A stretch of DNA of 64,000 bases from Antedon mediterranea (GCF_964355755.1 NC_092677.1:18126101-18190100); one strand, 5' to 3'. Positions 1 through 13,631 are shown, counted from the stretch's first letter. Translations and numbers: made by a program. The notes: generated by a model not told the origin, from the sequence alone.

Positions 1-3000
1 GTATATATTTTATTACAACATATACATTTTTTTGGGGTCAAAATATGTTTTATTCTAAACATTCAACTCAGAATCTTGACTATAACTCAATAACAATGCA
101 GTTAATTATATTTTTACATTGGAAATAAAATATTCTGAAATAATTACTACAACGATGTTATGCATGAATATGAAAAAAATTAAATATCGATATTTTAAAC
201 TGTGGATTACCATCTATAAAGGTAATTTGTATTTTACATAATAAAGTTATTACCAAAGGCAATCATGAAGAGAATAACAAATAGCTAAACACTATAAATG
301 CATAATAAATTCACAACAAAGGTCGAATTTAAAGCTTAATTCTGCCATCAATGGGGAAATAATTTCAGCATTTTCAACTATCAAAAAAAAAAAAGAAAAG
401 CATTGAGACAGGGTACTGAATAAAGTCGACAAAATTTACGATGATAAACATTTGAAAAGGTCTTTTTCTCTCGAACGACTGAAATTGTCAGAAGAGAAAT
501 TTGCGTTCTCTACTGGCAATGTAAACCAAATAATTCATTAACAAAACAAATGCTCTTTGCACAAGCCCGAAAACTATACTATCATGACCCTTGGATTAAA
601 ATCTCCTTCATCAGGCGATCCATTCAAGCTAACCCAGTCAAGGAAGCCCTTCAACAGTCGGACCCAGCATATATTCGGATGCTGTTATGGAACCACAACT
701 ATAGATTTCACAATATAACATCTGATAAAATTTTTGTTTTCATTTAAGTTCAAACTCAAATAACTCATTCATTAAAACCCAAGCAAACACCCACGGTATA
801 TTATTTTAATGTTAAAGAAAGCGTATAATTATGTTCTTTTTCATTGACTATATGGACTTGTGCAATCAACTGATTAATTTAATTTTTTTTTTTATTGATT
901 GAACTTTTTTATATGTTTTTATACGTTTATGTTATTTATGTATTATGAGGAGGGGAGACAGCTGGACTTGAGTCTCTATGTTGTCCTTCGATCAAATGAT
1001 ACTTTGTTGTTTTTTGTTTTGCTTACAATACATGTTGATATTTGCTGATTTTGGTCGAAATAAATGTTGAATTGAATACAAATATGACAAGATTCAAATC
1101 ACCATCATTATAACAAATTATTTAATACCGGCCTTACTTTACTTCTAATATTGTTAAATCCTCCCTGAAATCTCATTTTTTCCCCTGCATGAGAATTTTA
1201 TTATTGTTATTAATCATGCGCAAAAGCTTTCATAGCATAATGTGGCACACGATCTTGAGTTTAACTAACTAACAGTATTAATTCTGCACATATTTAATGT
1301 TTCCAAGTTTGTGCAGAATGACATTTTGACTCGACGGCTAGTAATGTGGCCCTCCTATCAAGAAAACAAATTAAAATTTAGTTGTGACCTGAAGCTTCAT
1401 CGTGTGGCAACCTAGTTTTAGTAGCAAGGCCTACTGTATTATTTATTGTTATGGAGTAAGTACTGTAGTTGATAATTATTCAATCTACTCAGATCATTTT
1501 ATTGCATTATAAATTTTATATCATACAGTAATTACTCTGGTAATACAGTAGCATGCTTTAATTAATTTGTATTGATTAAGAACTCAATGATGAATTATTC
1601 AGATCATGATTGCAATAGATTATTCAAGATTGCACAACCAATGCAACCAATTAGTACTTTAATAACTACTGTAAAAATTATGTTATGCAAAACATGTTTT
1701 GCCAATTTGTCATTTAAGCAGTGCATACTATACATTTAGACTGAATAGTACTGTAGTCTTATTAAATATAATAATAATAATAACATTAAATAATAATAAT
1801 ATTAATAATAATAATAATCTAATAGTACAATTCAATTTCTGGTTTTTCATGAATGTAGGTCAGAATGTGTCGGGTGGGAAAATCAATTTGCACATGTTCA
1901 GAAACATGTGCGATGAAGGATGGTGTAAAAAAATACTGACATTTTCTACTATAAGTATAAAAGACATTTCTACAAAGACTATAAACTGAAACTAATAGTT
2001 ATAGTATCAATTGTTGGAAAGCATGAGTATCTGACATAACATTGTATGCAAAAGATGGACTCCAATGGTGTCAATTCAAATGTTCTTTAGGTTTAGAAAT
2101 GACCCAGAACAAAAGGTTATCGTCACACTGTTACAGGAAATATTTACAGTAATCCAGGAACACTTCTTAATATAATATAACAAACAAGATGTATTGTGCA
2201 CCGTCTATAATTGTTCTACTCTGCGTGTAAAATTGAAATGCCGCCTCTTTGAATTGCTTACATTACAGTGGGACTTAGCCCATAGCCTCTCATTAAAAGT
2301 ACTGTATTGTGTTATGAATATTTTGAATGTTTTATATTTGCGATTTGCCACAAATAATTTCATTCAGTGGAAGGTGAACATTTGTTACATTCACTTGGAT
2401 TTCGCCTTGTGAAAATATTACAATACTTTCATCTTTTACCCCATGCAATTGTACCATTTCACTATTATAAATATTCTCTATATCAAATCATAATTATTCA
2501 TATTCAAAATATAGTATATTTTGAGTTCCTATCTCTACTGCAAAAAATGACCATACAATAATTCTTTCAGCTGGTAGAAAAAAACATGTTTTGGTTTATT
2601 GCCACAAACCACTCTTTGGAACAAGTTCAAAGGGTCACAAATTTGTAATTAGACTTTGGTTTTACAATTTACAATTAGTTTAATTGACCTCTGAAATACG
2701 TGACCTTCCATAAAATTGTTGTTGATTGTGACATCATCTGCTTTTAGAGAGCTTTTAACTTGGCAAATATTCATTAAATACACAGCCAATACTGGAAGTA
2801 AATCAACAGGATCATGATTAATTTGCATAATTCATACAGTACATCCATTCGGAAGCATGCTGAAAGGTTTTAATTGGCCGCCTAGTTTATGTTGTCTATA
2901 AAATGGCTGGTGTGAAAACACTAAAAGTATTCTGTACTTGATGAATTGTTATGAGTTGGTTGAATGGAAAGAATGATAGGTTGAAAGATTCTTTCCATTT

Positions 3001-4699
3001 GAACCCATACAAAACTTTCATTATTTGGCAACACCCCTACTGTATCAACAGCTAAGTAAACTATACTACAATAGGGCACCATACAAAAGACTAATAATAA
3101 CACTACTTTAATAACCAAATCAAAAGAGCCATACAAAAGTCGGTGGTCAGATTGTTGCCACGGAACTAAAGACAACACACTTTAAATGAGTAATAATATT
3201 CATGACTACTATAATAGTCGCACAGTAATCTAAACATTTTCCATAGACTTATATTAGAATTAATAGTAATATTGGAATAGAGGAAATCGTGTTAGGAAAT
3301 CAACCAATAAAATAATGATACACTTTTAGTCTTTAAAGATGAAATTATTTTCAATTCATTAACAAATAATGTAAAGAAATACCTGCTAAAAATCTGGTCT
3401 GTGTACCATAGTTTTCAAATGTGTTACTTCACAGCACTTCGACCTTTTAGACGTACAGTACCTCGATATAATGAATGTCTAGTACTGTTTTTAAAAATGT
3501 TTCCATTACAATGGTCATTTTGATAATAATAATAATAATGGAAGTCTTTCTTATAGAGCATCTAATACAATGTTTCTAAGTGATTTACACACGAAAATAA
3601 TTCATAAAATATCCTAAAATAACCAAAAAAAAGAAGAAAAGCTGATGGAGGTACTGTACTGTACTCAAAACCTCCATGGTTTGTACTCAAAATCATCTTT
3701 TTTTATGAAAGAGTTCTAACTAAACAAATTCTTTTTTATCTACAAATTTGTTTGGCAACTGTGGTACAATTTTTATAAAACAAAAATGTTTACAGTAAAA
3801 ACAGAAAAAAAACCCACAAAATTATGAAAATTTACGGATTCCAATTATATTAGCCAAAAGATTATTACAGCAGAAATACTGTAGATGGGTTTAATATGAA
3901 TCATATGAATTAATCCACTTTAGTTTACTTCAGGTTAATGTGAATGTGAAGATTGATTTGTCCAATTCCTGAAAAGTCTTACATGGCGTACAGTATGGCT
4001 GGTTTAATGGTAACGAATTCAGGGAATATACCAATTACATTAAGTGAACTTGGTGATTATAGATTTCAAATGTAAAACACTACCAAGTTGTACTGTACTA
4101 ATTGTTGAGATCATTATGAAACAGGGTTTGCTATGTATCCCACATGTTTCTAAAAGGAAATCAATAAAGTTGAGAATGTCTTGACGTTATAAACGCCATA
4201 TACTGTAGTACCATCTTCTGGAGTTAAAAGTTGAGATACAGTAATTTTGAAATTTATCATTTTTATAGACCAAAAATGGTTAATCTGGCTCAGATAGGCA
4301 TACAGTTCACTAAGGTTGACCCTGGTCTCTCCCAATTTTTGTTTTGTTATGTAAACACTAAAAGACGAATAAATAATGAAATATCTTTTGTCAACAAACA
4401 AGCTAAGTAAATAATAACCAACAATATACTGTAATATTTAATACACTGTACATTATTCCATGACTATGCAGTGGATTATTTCTCTTTAAAAAACCTGAAT
4501 ACAATATTACTACGGTTTAATTAACACAGTAACTCTTAACAATGAGTGTCTATTGCTTCAAATAATATGCTGTATTATATTACAAAAGAAAATAAAACCC
4601 CGCCTACACAGACTTCCGAATGTTTATCTGATTTTCTCTAACTTTGAAATATGATGTGTCAGCCATTACTGATGAATAGGTAATTGTTTTTAAGCTTAA

Positions 4700-5247
4700 A
4701 GATGTACTGTATTGTCCCTTTGACTAATTCCAACAAAAATTTTTTTTTGTAATTTTGAAAAAAAGTGGGTCATTTTAAAGTATCATAATAGTTATTAACT
4801 TTCACCAAAAATTAGTCAAAAAAAAAATAATTTAACCGAAATACAGATGTTTTTTTGTTCAAAAAATAACTTTGACTTCCAGTCAAAGTTTTCAATCAAA
4901 AGATATCCCATAATGCAATGCGCTTGTTTGGCTACTCTGTATGCATAATCATAAAACTTCCTCGCGATCTGTGTGAAAACACCTTCTCAACCGTGATGAG
5001 TTGTAAACAATCCTAATTAGCATGCATAATGCATACTCATGGTTTGAAATCTTTGTTTACTTTCGCTTGCGACGATTTCTCAGACGAAATGTAATCTAAT
5101 TAATTTACCTGTTAATTACGTAAACTGTTGTTTTTGGCTCGAATTTTCGACTTAAAGTGAATAACTTTAATATTAATTTGATATGGCCAATTTAAAATTA
5201 GAATATTTTTTTTTTTCATTTTTTGTGTTTCAAGGGACAATACATCT
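4700..5247. mobile_element. MITE with TTAA target site (Kolobok/piggyBac-type)
   Basis: TTAA|AGATGTA(ctgta)TTGTCCCT ... AGGGACAATACATCT|TTAA. Confidence 0.7.
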
Positions 5248-6540
5248 TTAAACTGGAAACTGAAGAAACAGCCAGCAGTGAAGTGCCTACCAGATCAGCA
5301 CACCGGGAGAAGATTCTGTACTGAATAGCATACCAAATTCACCAACGAAGACGAGACAAGTTTGTTTTGTAAGATTGTTACAGTCTACATACTGGGGGCA
5401 AGTCCTTGTTTAAGTCTATGATTGAAATGTTAGAGCAATGACCTGTATGGTACTGCATTTTCTGATGGTACGTTAGCACTGCAATACAATGACAGTTGAA
5501 GCAGTTATTCAGGTTGCTCTTTGAAAATTTCTTAAGATTAATTACGGTAACTCTATAATGTACAGTAATACTTTTGATTGACACATTGTAAAAACAATGT
5601 TTGAAAGAAGTACTGTATGATGTTGATATCCTGTAAAACATTAAAACAAAAAAAACTCTAAACAACAGTATCTTCAAAAGCGGTTTATAAACACAGGGTC
5701 ACGTTATACTATTGGAGAATAAAACCGGTTTCTCGGTATTGTGGTCGTGTTATGACGTTATTGTTTTCCACAGAGAATAGACAAATACTCAGGCCGTTCA
5801 GTTGACATTTTCGTTAAAAATTATTCAACAAAAACCGGTTTAAAGAATGGTTTTGGCAAGTTGCCCAACTACATTTCCTTTTTGCATTTTCTGTTTGACC
5901 AAATTCTATTGCAAATGAAACATACAGAACAGAACATTCCCTTTCCTACAGGAAAAGGTGTTCCCTACAGTAATTAATATTACGAAAGGGTATCTATTTT
6001 ATACTTAAAACATAAAGAATTACCTGTTGCAATTTAAGTCATCTCACTTTAAATAAATGTACTGATATGATAGCACACCATTCAGTAAAATATATTATTT
6101 TTAAACAAAATAATAAACTTGGCGTCAGTGTTTCTTTTTATATCTTTTTTTAAATACCACTTGATAATGTAGGCCTATAGTGTGTTGGCATATCAGTTTT
6201 CCTTTCCTTTTTTTGTGCTGAATTTCAACATTTAATAATAATCCTCCTTAGAACTGGTTTGAAACTTTACCTACTGTACTATTTGATTTCCATACTTATT
6301 TCTTTCGTTGTACACCATTTAAAATACAGTAGTAAGTCTGCCTCTTTATGTTACATAATAATAGGAACTTTTGATTTGAGAGACCAAAGCCCTAGTATGA
6401 CTAAACTTTCCCACATTTGCACAATGAATTTACATGATCTACTTTCATTGGCAATCGCAAATCCAAAGGTCTCTAAACTTGGTTATTATTATGAAAAGGT
6501 TCCCTATGATCTAGCAAAAGATAATGTAAACACACTGTAC

Positions 6541-9500
6541 CTGTAAAATGATGGATGCGGATGGCATACTAATACGAAGGCAGCAGTTCTGTCCAACTTG
6601 CCATCGGGTCAAAGGATGTACTTCCATGATGCTGCAATATGGGATTGGGCATTCCATATTTCCAGTAGGCTATAAAAACAACACCATAATTTTTTTTAAT
6701 GAAATCTGTGTTCAAAATGAGTTTCTTCTAGATGCACAAACAGTCTGGCAAAACACTTCAGTAAATCCCTAGTAGATATTATTATTATATTACTTGTGTA
6801 GGAAATTTAAAATTTATTATAACTTATAAAGGTAGTACATTTTTAATCATTTATGATACTACTACAAACAGGTCTGAAGTTAGAAAAATAAAAAAAAAAT
6901 TGAGGGTGGAACTGGAAGAAGGTAGAAAGAAACACAATCTTTGTGGATTTTTAATCTTCAATTTTATATTTATTTGTACAGAAGTTGGGATTTAAAGCGG
7001 GCCACTAAAATATTAGAATCGCCTTATTTTTCACATTTTTAACTCATTTAAAAGATGAAAAAAATTATCGCAATAGGACCATAATTAATTTATTTTTACA
7101 TTATTGTAGTTTGCAACCTTAAATTAGATCTAAAAAATGTAGGGAATGGGACTTTAACCTGTTTTCTTTATTAATACTATATGCTCCAATTTAATACATT
7201 AATAAATGATGAATGAAAAGTGTCTGGTTGATACAATAACAGAATTGATTAAAGTTTGTGATTTTAGTTCTGTCAAGTACAACCTTATAATTTATTTTTT
7301 ACTAAACTGTGTGTGTGCCAGCAAGTATTTGATTGCACTTAATTACACATGACCTAGTTTCTTGCTATTCGACATTAAACTATAGAAAAGGCAATCAGCA
7401 ACATGCAATAACCATGATTTGTTTGTGTCTAGGTCTGTGACAAATATGCTTTTCTAAACATCAAAGACTAAAACATTTCACATGGTATCTCATTTGTGAT
7501 TACTCAAACAAGCACGAATGTGCAATACTCGGGGTACAGCGAAAGAAGCTGTATACAGACGTATACAGTTAGAAAGTTAAAGAAAAATAGGTTTCGCCAG
7601 GGCTCGAACCGGGACCTTCTGCGTGTTAAGCAGACTTGACAACCACTACACTACGAAACCTCTTACATTAAAAATGTGGGTTACAGAAAGTTTTTTAATC
7701 CATTTAAATTACAAATAAATGGTAATAAGCACAAAGCAAAATAAACATGTGTAAAAGTGATAATTACCGATTACACAAAATAAGTATTTTAAAAAATAAT
7801 AAAAATAAGATATACTCTGTATAATTATCATATTGCGTATACAGTACTTTTCACCATAAAGTTTAAAAAAAAGGTTTCGCCCGGGCTCGAACCAGGTACC
7901 TTCTGCGTGTTAAGCAAACGTGATAACCACTACGCCAAGAAGCCGCATATAACTACATAACGCTGTGGTGTGTGTCACACATTGTGGCTTCTTAATTAAA
8001 CAAATTAATTAACAAAAAAGCACGAATGTGCAATATTCGGGATACAGCGAAAGAAGCTGTATACTGACGTATACAGTTATTTCACCATAAAGTTAAAGAA
8101 AAATAGGTTTCGCCAGGGCTCGAACCGGGACCTTCTGCGTGTTAAGCAGACTTGACAACCACTACACTACGAAAACCACTTACACTAAAAATGTGGGTTA
8201 CAGAAAGTTTTTTAATCCATTTAAATTACAAATAAATATGGTAATAAGCACAAAGAAAAATAAACATGTGTAAAAGTGATAATTACCGATTACACAAAAT
8301 AAGTATTTAAAAAAATAATAAAAATAAGATATACTGTGTATAATTATCATATTGCATATACAGTACTTTTCACCATAAAGTTTAAAAAAAAAGGTTTCGT
8401 CCGGACTCGAACCAGGTACCTTCTGCGTGTTAAGCAAACGTGATAACCACTACGCCAAGAATCCGCATATAACCATATAACTACATAACGCTGTGGTGTG
8501 TGTCACACATTGTGGCTTCTTAATTAAACAAATTAATTAACAAAAAATTAAAAATCCGGCTCTATAGCTTTGAGAACATGTCCCTGTAGTATGTTCATGC
8601 CAAATCCCAGCTCAATACTACTGTACAACGAATAAGGGAGGAGTAGTACTTTAAAAAACGCACTTTTTACTCAATAGTGTCCAGATGGAAGAAGAGGAGG
8701 AGAAAATGAGTAAGTCCTAGACTCGGGTACCCCGAGTAAAAATCAGTTATTATTATTACATTTATATCAACCAGCAGTGGATCTAGCATTTTTAATTTAA
8801 ATTTAATAAGGGATTAATTGATCACCATGATTTGCTGACTCGAACTGATAGTGTCTGTATTTAATCAATCCTACTGTACAGTATATCATCATATTAGGTT
8901 ATTTGAAGTACAGTGTAAATCTAAATTATAAATTAATAATTTAATTTTTAATTTTTTGTATTGTACATTTTTCTGGCTGAATAAACACAGAATGAATGGA
9001 TGTAAACAAACAGGCTATTGTTCAATTATGCCCATGTTTTCAGTATGAATTGTTTGATTACAGTATACCATGGACCTACAGTATCAATTACAGTAGATAA
9101 TGTTATACTGTAGGTTCATTATACAAACTTACAAAAACCTAGTAAAGTATCAATCAATCATTTAGGTTTGAAAAAAAACAAACGATTTTTTTTCTTTAAA
9201 ACTGAGCATCGAATGTTTATAATCTAAGATGTAGAATAATAAGAACTTTCTTATGGTGCCAAGATTTTATTGTAAGATTTTAAAATATTACAGTTAAGTG
9301 TTTTTTTTACAAATTCTATTTACTGTACACATTAGCTAAAAAATCAACAAAAAAATCTGATATTTTTTCAGTTTTTGCTTATTATAGCTAACAGTATCTT
9401 GTGATATTTCAGCCTTTTTACAAATGTAATTTTCTTATCAAACTCAGAAAACAAAGGCTTTTCTGTTTCATTTTGTGTGACACAAGTTTTTTGTGAGAGG

Positions 9501-12291
9501 TTTAATTACAATACCAGTTTTTACATCTTAATCTGTTTTGAAAGAACAAATTAATTGATTTACAATATTATAGTATTCAAAATTGTTATTCTGCAAGATT
9601 TGATTACAACTCCCTGATTTGAAAGCTGCACTGGAAACCAAATAAAAAATCATACTTTGTTTACAGTAAGTAGCAGTAACATGTTGCAAATAAATAATGC
9701 ATCATAATACAGTATGTCTGGTATACAATTTTAATTATGAATCTAATGTTATGGTGCCTGGGGATTCAACATCCAGATGCTTCTTTTGATTTTAATATTC
9801 TACAGTTCATTAACAATTTGATCTGAATAAAATGCAGTCTGTTCATAGTGGTTGATGGATTTGTTGTCTAGGACATGAGTGCCAACTAAATTCAACTTAT
9901 GTTCAGAGTTTCGTACAATGAAATACAAATTTTTGGCTGTGTTACTCGAAAATAAAAAATGTCAAGAAAGGAAGACTTGAAACAGTAAATTTGTTTCAAA
10001 GGTTTTGGAATACAATATTCCACCCAAGAAAGCCGCAAACAAATTGTACAATTAAATAGAAAATAGCTGGCTCTAAGGAAGACATCTACTTGAAGCTTTT
10101 GTCTTTGTTTTAAATTTCCTGCTCTATAAGCAACCATTCCTGCTTTGTACTCCATAGCTTTTGGAGGCGTGCCTTTATAACTATGCCTTTTGTTTGTTAA
10201 CATCTTTGATTGGCTGATTTGTTTTATTATGTAATTTTGTGACTTATATATGTTATCCTTTGTTACAATTCTCTTCACCTGATGATGGGCTATGCCCGAA
10301 ACATGTCGTAAAAATAAATCTATATTGAGGCAGTTTTAACTTATTTGATCTTGAACCATAAAACATGGATTTCTTCAAATCCACCTTTCATTCAATGGGA
10401 GATGTTTTATACTGTTTATACTGTAGTTGAGTAGTCTTACCAACACTACAGTAATTTATACAGGTTTAAGAACTCCTCTCTTTATGTATAAAATACAGAG
10501 CTAAATGTAAGTAAAGCAAGAAAAACAACAATTCTGGACCAACAATACAGTGCACTATGGTCACTACTGTACCCTGTGCTACCGCCATAGTGTCCGAAAT
10601 TATCATTGCTTTTATTGTGAATACTACTGTATTAAACAGAAAAGTGATACGTTTGTTGAACAATAAATTGTATAAGTTTTCGTTTAAAGAGCATAACGCT
10701 GACATTTGATCGCCTGGCGCTAAGCAACTCGCGGTGAGTTTGACAGTGTGACGTCAATTACAATTGAAGGAAGCTTGATTATTTTTACTGAAGTTGTATG
10801 TATTGGGTACAGTACTGTATTTTCTATAAACGATTCAATATTCAGTATCTTCAAAGCAATAGGAAGATCAATAATTATAGAATCAGTAGCATTTCGTCAA
10901 CTAATGAACAATTTCCATTTAGCAAGATTATAGCAAATGATCAATCAAAGTTTCAAATTATACTGTAGAATGAATATAACAATGAGAGAATACTACTGTA
11001 CTATCTATTATATCTTTGCACAGTTTAAATAACAAATTGTATAAATACAATTTTTTTTTCTTGGTCAGCTGTTAGTGTTATAATAGTGGGGCTCCTATAG
11101 ACTTAAGATACTTCAAATTTAGTTATAAGCATAAACACTATGAAAACAATGGCAAAAGTACTACTTTCTATTCATGTTCAATACTAAACATATCCATTTA
11201 ACTCAATACTTTATTAGAGTTATATTGTTAAAAATAATAGATCTGGACCTACTGTACCGTCAGTATATGACATTTCACTGCTTTTACATTTAGTAGTATT
11301 GTTGTTTATGGACAGAAATAAGTGGAAAATCATACTTTTTTTAAACTAATCTGCTTGTATCGTAATTCAACATTATACAGGGAAAATTATAAACCAGCGC
11401 TCGAGTTAATGGTATGTTGCTTTTTATTACACAACATATGAAATATTCAATCTGGTCTAAGTCCATCGAAATACCGTGTTGCCCTTTCTCAGTCTTTAAA
11501 CGTATCAGAATTCTAAGGGGTATCATTCCATATGTTTGACAATAGATTGAATATTTTCTCCAAAAATCAGTGATCATATAAAAAATATCTACCACCAATT
11601 AAAGAAGCCCTGAACAACATGTTAAACCTTATTTACTCTTCCCCGGTTAAACAATCTGTGCCTATCATCAAGCTGGTTTGTTTGGGCCAATGTTCTAAAC
11701 ATTTATCTGTTGGTTTTAACGTTAATATTAATAATATATTATTTTTACAAAATGTCAAAAATTGTAGAAATGGGGATTTTGTATTCTGACTCTGTATACT
11801 GTAAAGCTCTGTTTACATTTTAAAACTTTATGTGACAAAAAAATGTTCTCATATCGACATGATGATGTTATATTAGTACCATAATTAAGCATGTATAGTA
11901 TCATTACGATATTTGGGCACATCACACATTTTTTGTCAAACTACAGTACAGTTTGATTGTATAGACAGAGCTAAGATCAACAAGTTTCCATTCCCTTTGT
12001 TTGAAATCGGCAGGTACTGTAATTTCACCCAGCAGAACTGTACATTACATCATAATAGTTAATACTTACGGTTCTAGAATAAATTGTACTCTCACTGAGA
12101 ACTAAGTGATGCGTCTCAATTTTTCGCAATAATTTCATATTCATGATCTTATTAATGACGTTACTAGCATGGTTTACGACACAAAGTTGTATTACGCTCT
12201 CGTGTATAAGCTTGTATTTTGGTTCTCCATTCATACAAGTTAGACCATACTGCATCATGCCTTTCTGTGATTGGTGAAAAGTGTTTGCCAT
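6541..12291 (-). CDS. CMIP: c-Maf-inducing protein-like (PH-domain N-terminus), first two coding exons; partial
   Basis: Exon 12291-12070 (ATG preceded by an in-frame TGA; MANTFHQ...CMNGEPKYKLIHESVIQLCVVNH...LLRKIETHHLVLSESTIYSRT|GTAAGT) joins in phase 0 to exon 6669-6541 (ttttatag|PTGNMECPIPYCSIMEVHPLTRWQVGQNCCLRISMPSASIILQ|GT). Both resemble the vertebrate CMIP N-terminus as I recall it (YKLLQEGDIQVCVIRH...HHLTL...PTGYMEN...YCLQLTIPGGTVLLQ). An acceptor at 12417 implies a 5'UTR intron. I did not find downstream exons in the window. Confidence 0.85.
7590..7660 (-). tRNA. tRNA-Val(AAC), probably a pseudogene
   Basis: GGTTTCGTAGTGTAGTGGTT...TCTGC-TTAACAC-GCAGA...GGTTCGAGC...CGAAACC, followed by a T-run. 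It has a D-stem mismatch and a 1-nt T-arm deletion. Confidence 0.75.
7873..7944 (-). tRNA. tRNA-Val(AAC), probably a pseudogene
   Basis: 72-nt cloverleaf with an AAC anticodon, two acceptor-stem mismatches and an oligo-T terminator. Confidence 0.75.
8106..8177 (-). tRNA. tRNA-Val(AAC), probably a pseudogene (duplicate of 7590-7660)
   Basis: Near-identical to the 7590 copy, 516 bp further along. Confidence 0.72.
8393..8464 (-). tRNA. tRNA-Val(AAC), probably a pseudogene (duplicate of 7873-7944)
   Basis: Near-identical to the 7873 copy, with extra substitutions. Confidence 0.7.
10274..10312 (+). ncRNA. Minimal type I hammerhead ribozyme motif (Penelope-like element associated)
   Basis: TTCAC-CTGATGA-T-GGGC-TAT-GCCC-GAAA-CATG-TC-GTAAA: complete catalytic core, stem II, palindromic mini stem III (ACATGT), GUC cleavage triplet and a 4/5-paired stem I. 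Confidence 0.7.
11805..11972. mobile_element. Small MITE
   Basis: Imperfect TIRs AGCTCTGTTTACA..AAACT..TGACAAAAAA / TTTTTTGTCA..AGTTTGA..TAGACAGAGCT. A partial copy of the left end lies near 19603. Confidence 0.55.
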
Positions 12292-13631
12292 TGTTGCTGA
12301 CAAAGATCAAGTATGACGAACAGATTGTTTTGTGGTCAGGTTTATATGCGTTCAAGCGTAAAATTGCTTCCTGATGATATCGTCTCAAGGTTTATAAATC
12401 CAGTTCCGTTTTTTAGTCTAAAAAACAACACATTGTATGAGTAAAATCTGAAATGAAAAATTATTGAACATTATTTATCAATTATTAAATCTATCTTATT
12501 AGATTTATTTACACATAATTACAAAAATACAACAAAAACTATATCAATTTACATATTAGAAAAGTTCATATTCATTTGGATTCGCTGTAACTGTATTTTG
12601 TCTTTATGTCTTTTATGTGTAAACTGACTTTGGGGTTGGGTCAACCGGCTCAGCTACAGTGATTAAGTTCACTTATTGACCCTGGTCTCCCCAATTTCAG
12701 TTTTTTTGTTTTGTATATACTTAAATAGACCAAATAAATAATGAAATGAAATGAAATTTATTAATTAATTAAAAGTATTATTTAAAATACTTTGTTTACA
12801 GAATCACAAAGAAATCTTACAATTACACTAACAATAGAACCTCTATTATTAAAGGCGACTAATCCTAAAAAGTATCCCCTTAATACTATTATTAGGGGTA
12901 TATTCTTTAAATAGTGTTGGCCATATAGTATAGAATTACCGCTTTGTCGTTTTACTGGAAAGTGTCCCATCCCCTGAAAAAAGGTACAGTAGTAACTGTA
13001 GGGGTTCTCCTGAATTGTAAGACTAAATGAATGATGAATTAATGAATGAATTTGGACAAAAGGCTAGACTATTTTGTAGTTAATTACTGTACTGTGTAAT
13101 TTAGGTTTGTTTTGTATTTAATTTAATTTCATTGTGCCAGCATGTTTATAAAAAACCATTTTAAATTTCAAGTATGACGTCTGACTTTGAATTGATTTAA
13201 CTATAAAATACAGTTCAATTGTGATGGTTAGGTAAAAGTTGAATCATATTTGTTACAGTAGTGGTTGTAAATATTTAATGCTCAACTAGTAACAAAGAAA
13301 TGCCTGTAGGTTCATTGTTAAAATCCAATGAATTAACGTTGATTTTCTAGAAACAAATAATTGAAAAATAAGTTGTAAAAATTGTGTATGTGTAAAGGGC
13401 AACATTTACATGAGAGTAAGTACACTACAGTATGTTCCGTCACTCTAAAAAAACATAAAGTAGAATTAAATCAAACCAAATGTCAACTTTACGTCAATGG
13501 CTACCACCTCTATTTAGATATAATTATGGTTACAGTACTTGAACCAGCAGTGGTTCGGCTTTGTGAATTTCAACAGATTTCACAAATATCCTGCAGACCA
13601 TGGGTACGTATTAAAGTGTGACATAGCCTGT

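Larger units (their letters stand above)
7507..8742 (-). mobile_element. Helentron-associated non-autonomous element (HINE/DINE-1-like) carrying tRNA-Val copies, with an internal ~515-bp tandem duplication
   Basis: On the minus strand the 5' end reads TTTTTACTCGGGGTACCCGAGT (subTIR plus palindrome), followed by a CT-rich tract. The 3' end reads GTACCCCGAGTA (subTIR), hairpin GCACATTCGTGC, then TTGTT. Flanking segments are shared with 59935-60410. Confidence 0.7.

Noticed and set aside
1699-1989. Poly-Asn ORF
   Set aside because: It derives from an (AAT)n microsatellite and has no splice or homology support.
11341-11598. 85-aa minus-strand ORF as an extra CMIP exon
   Set aside because: The flanking CMIP-like exons already join seamlessly by homology, and this peptide has no recognisable similarity.
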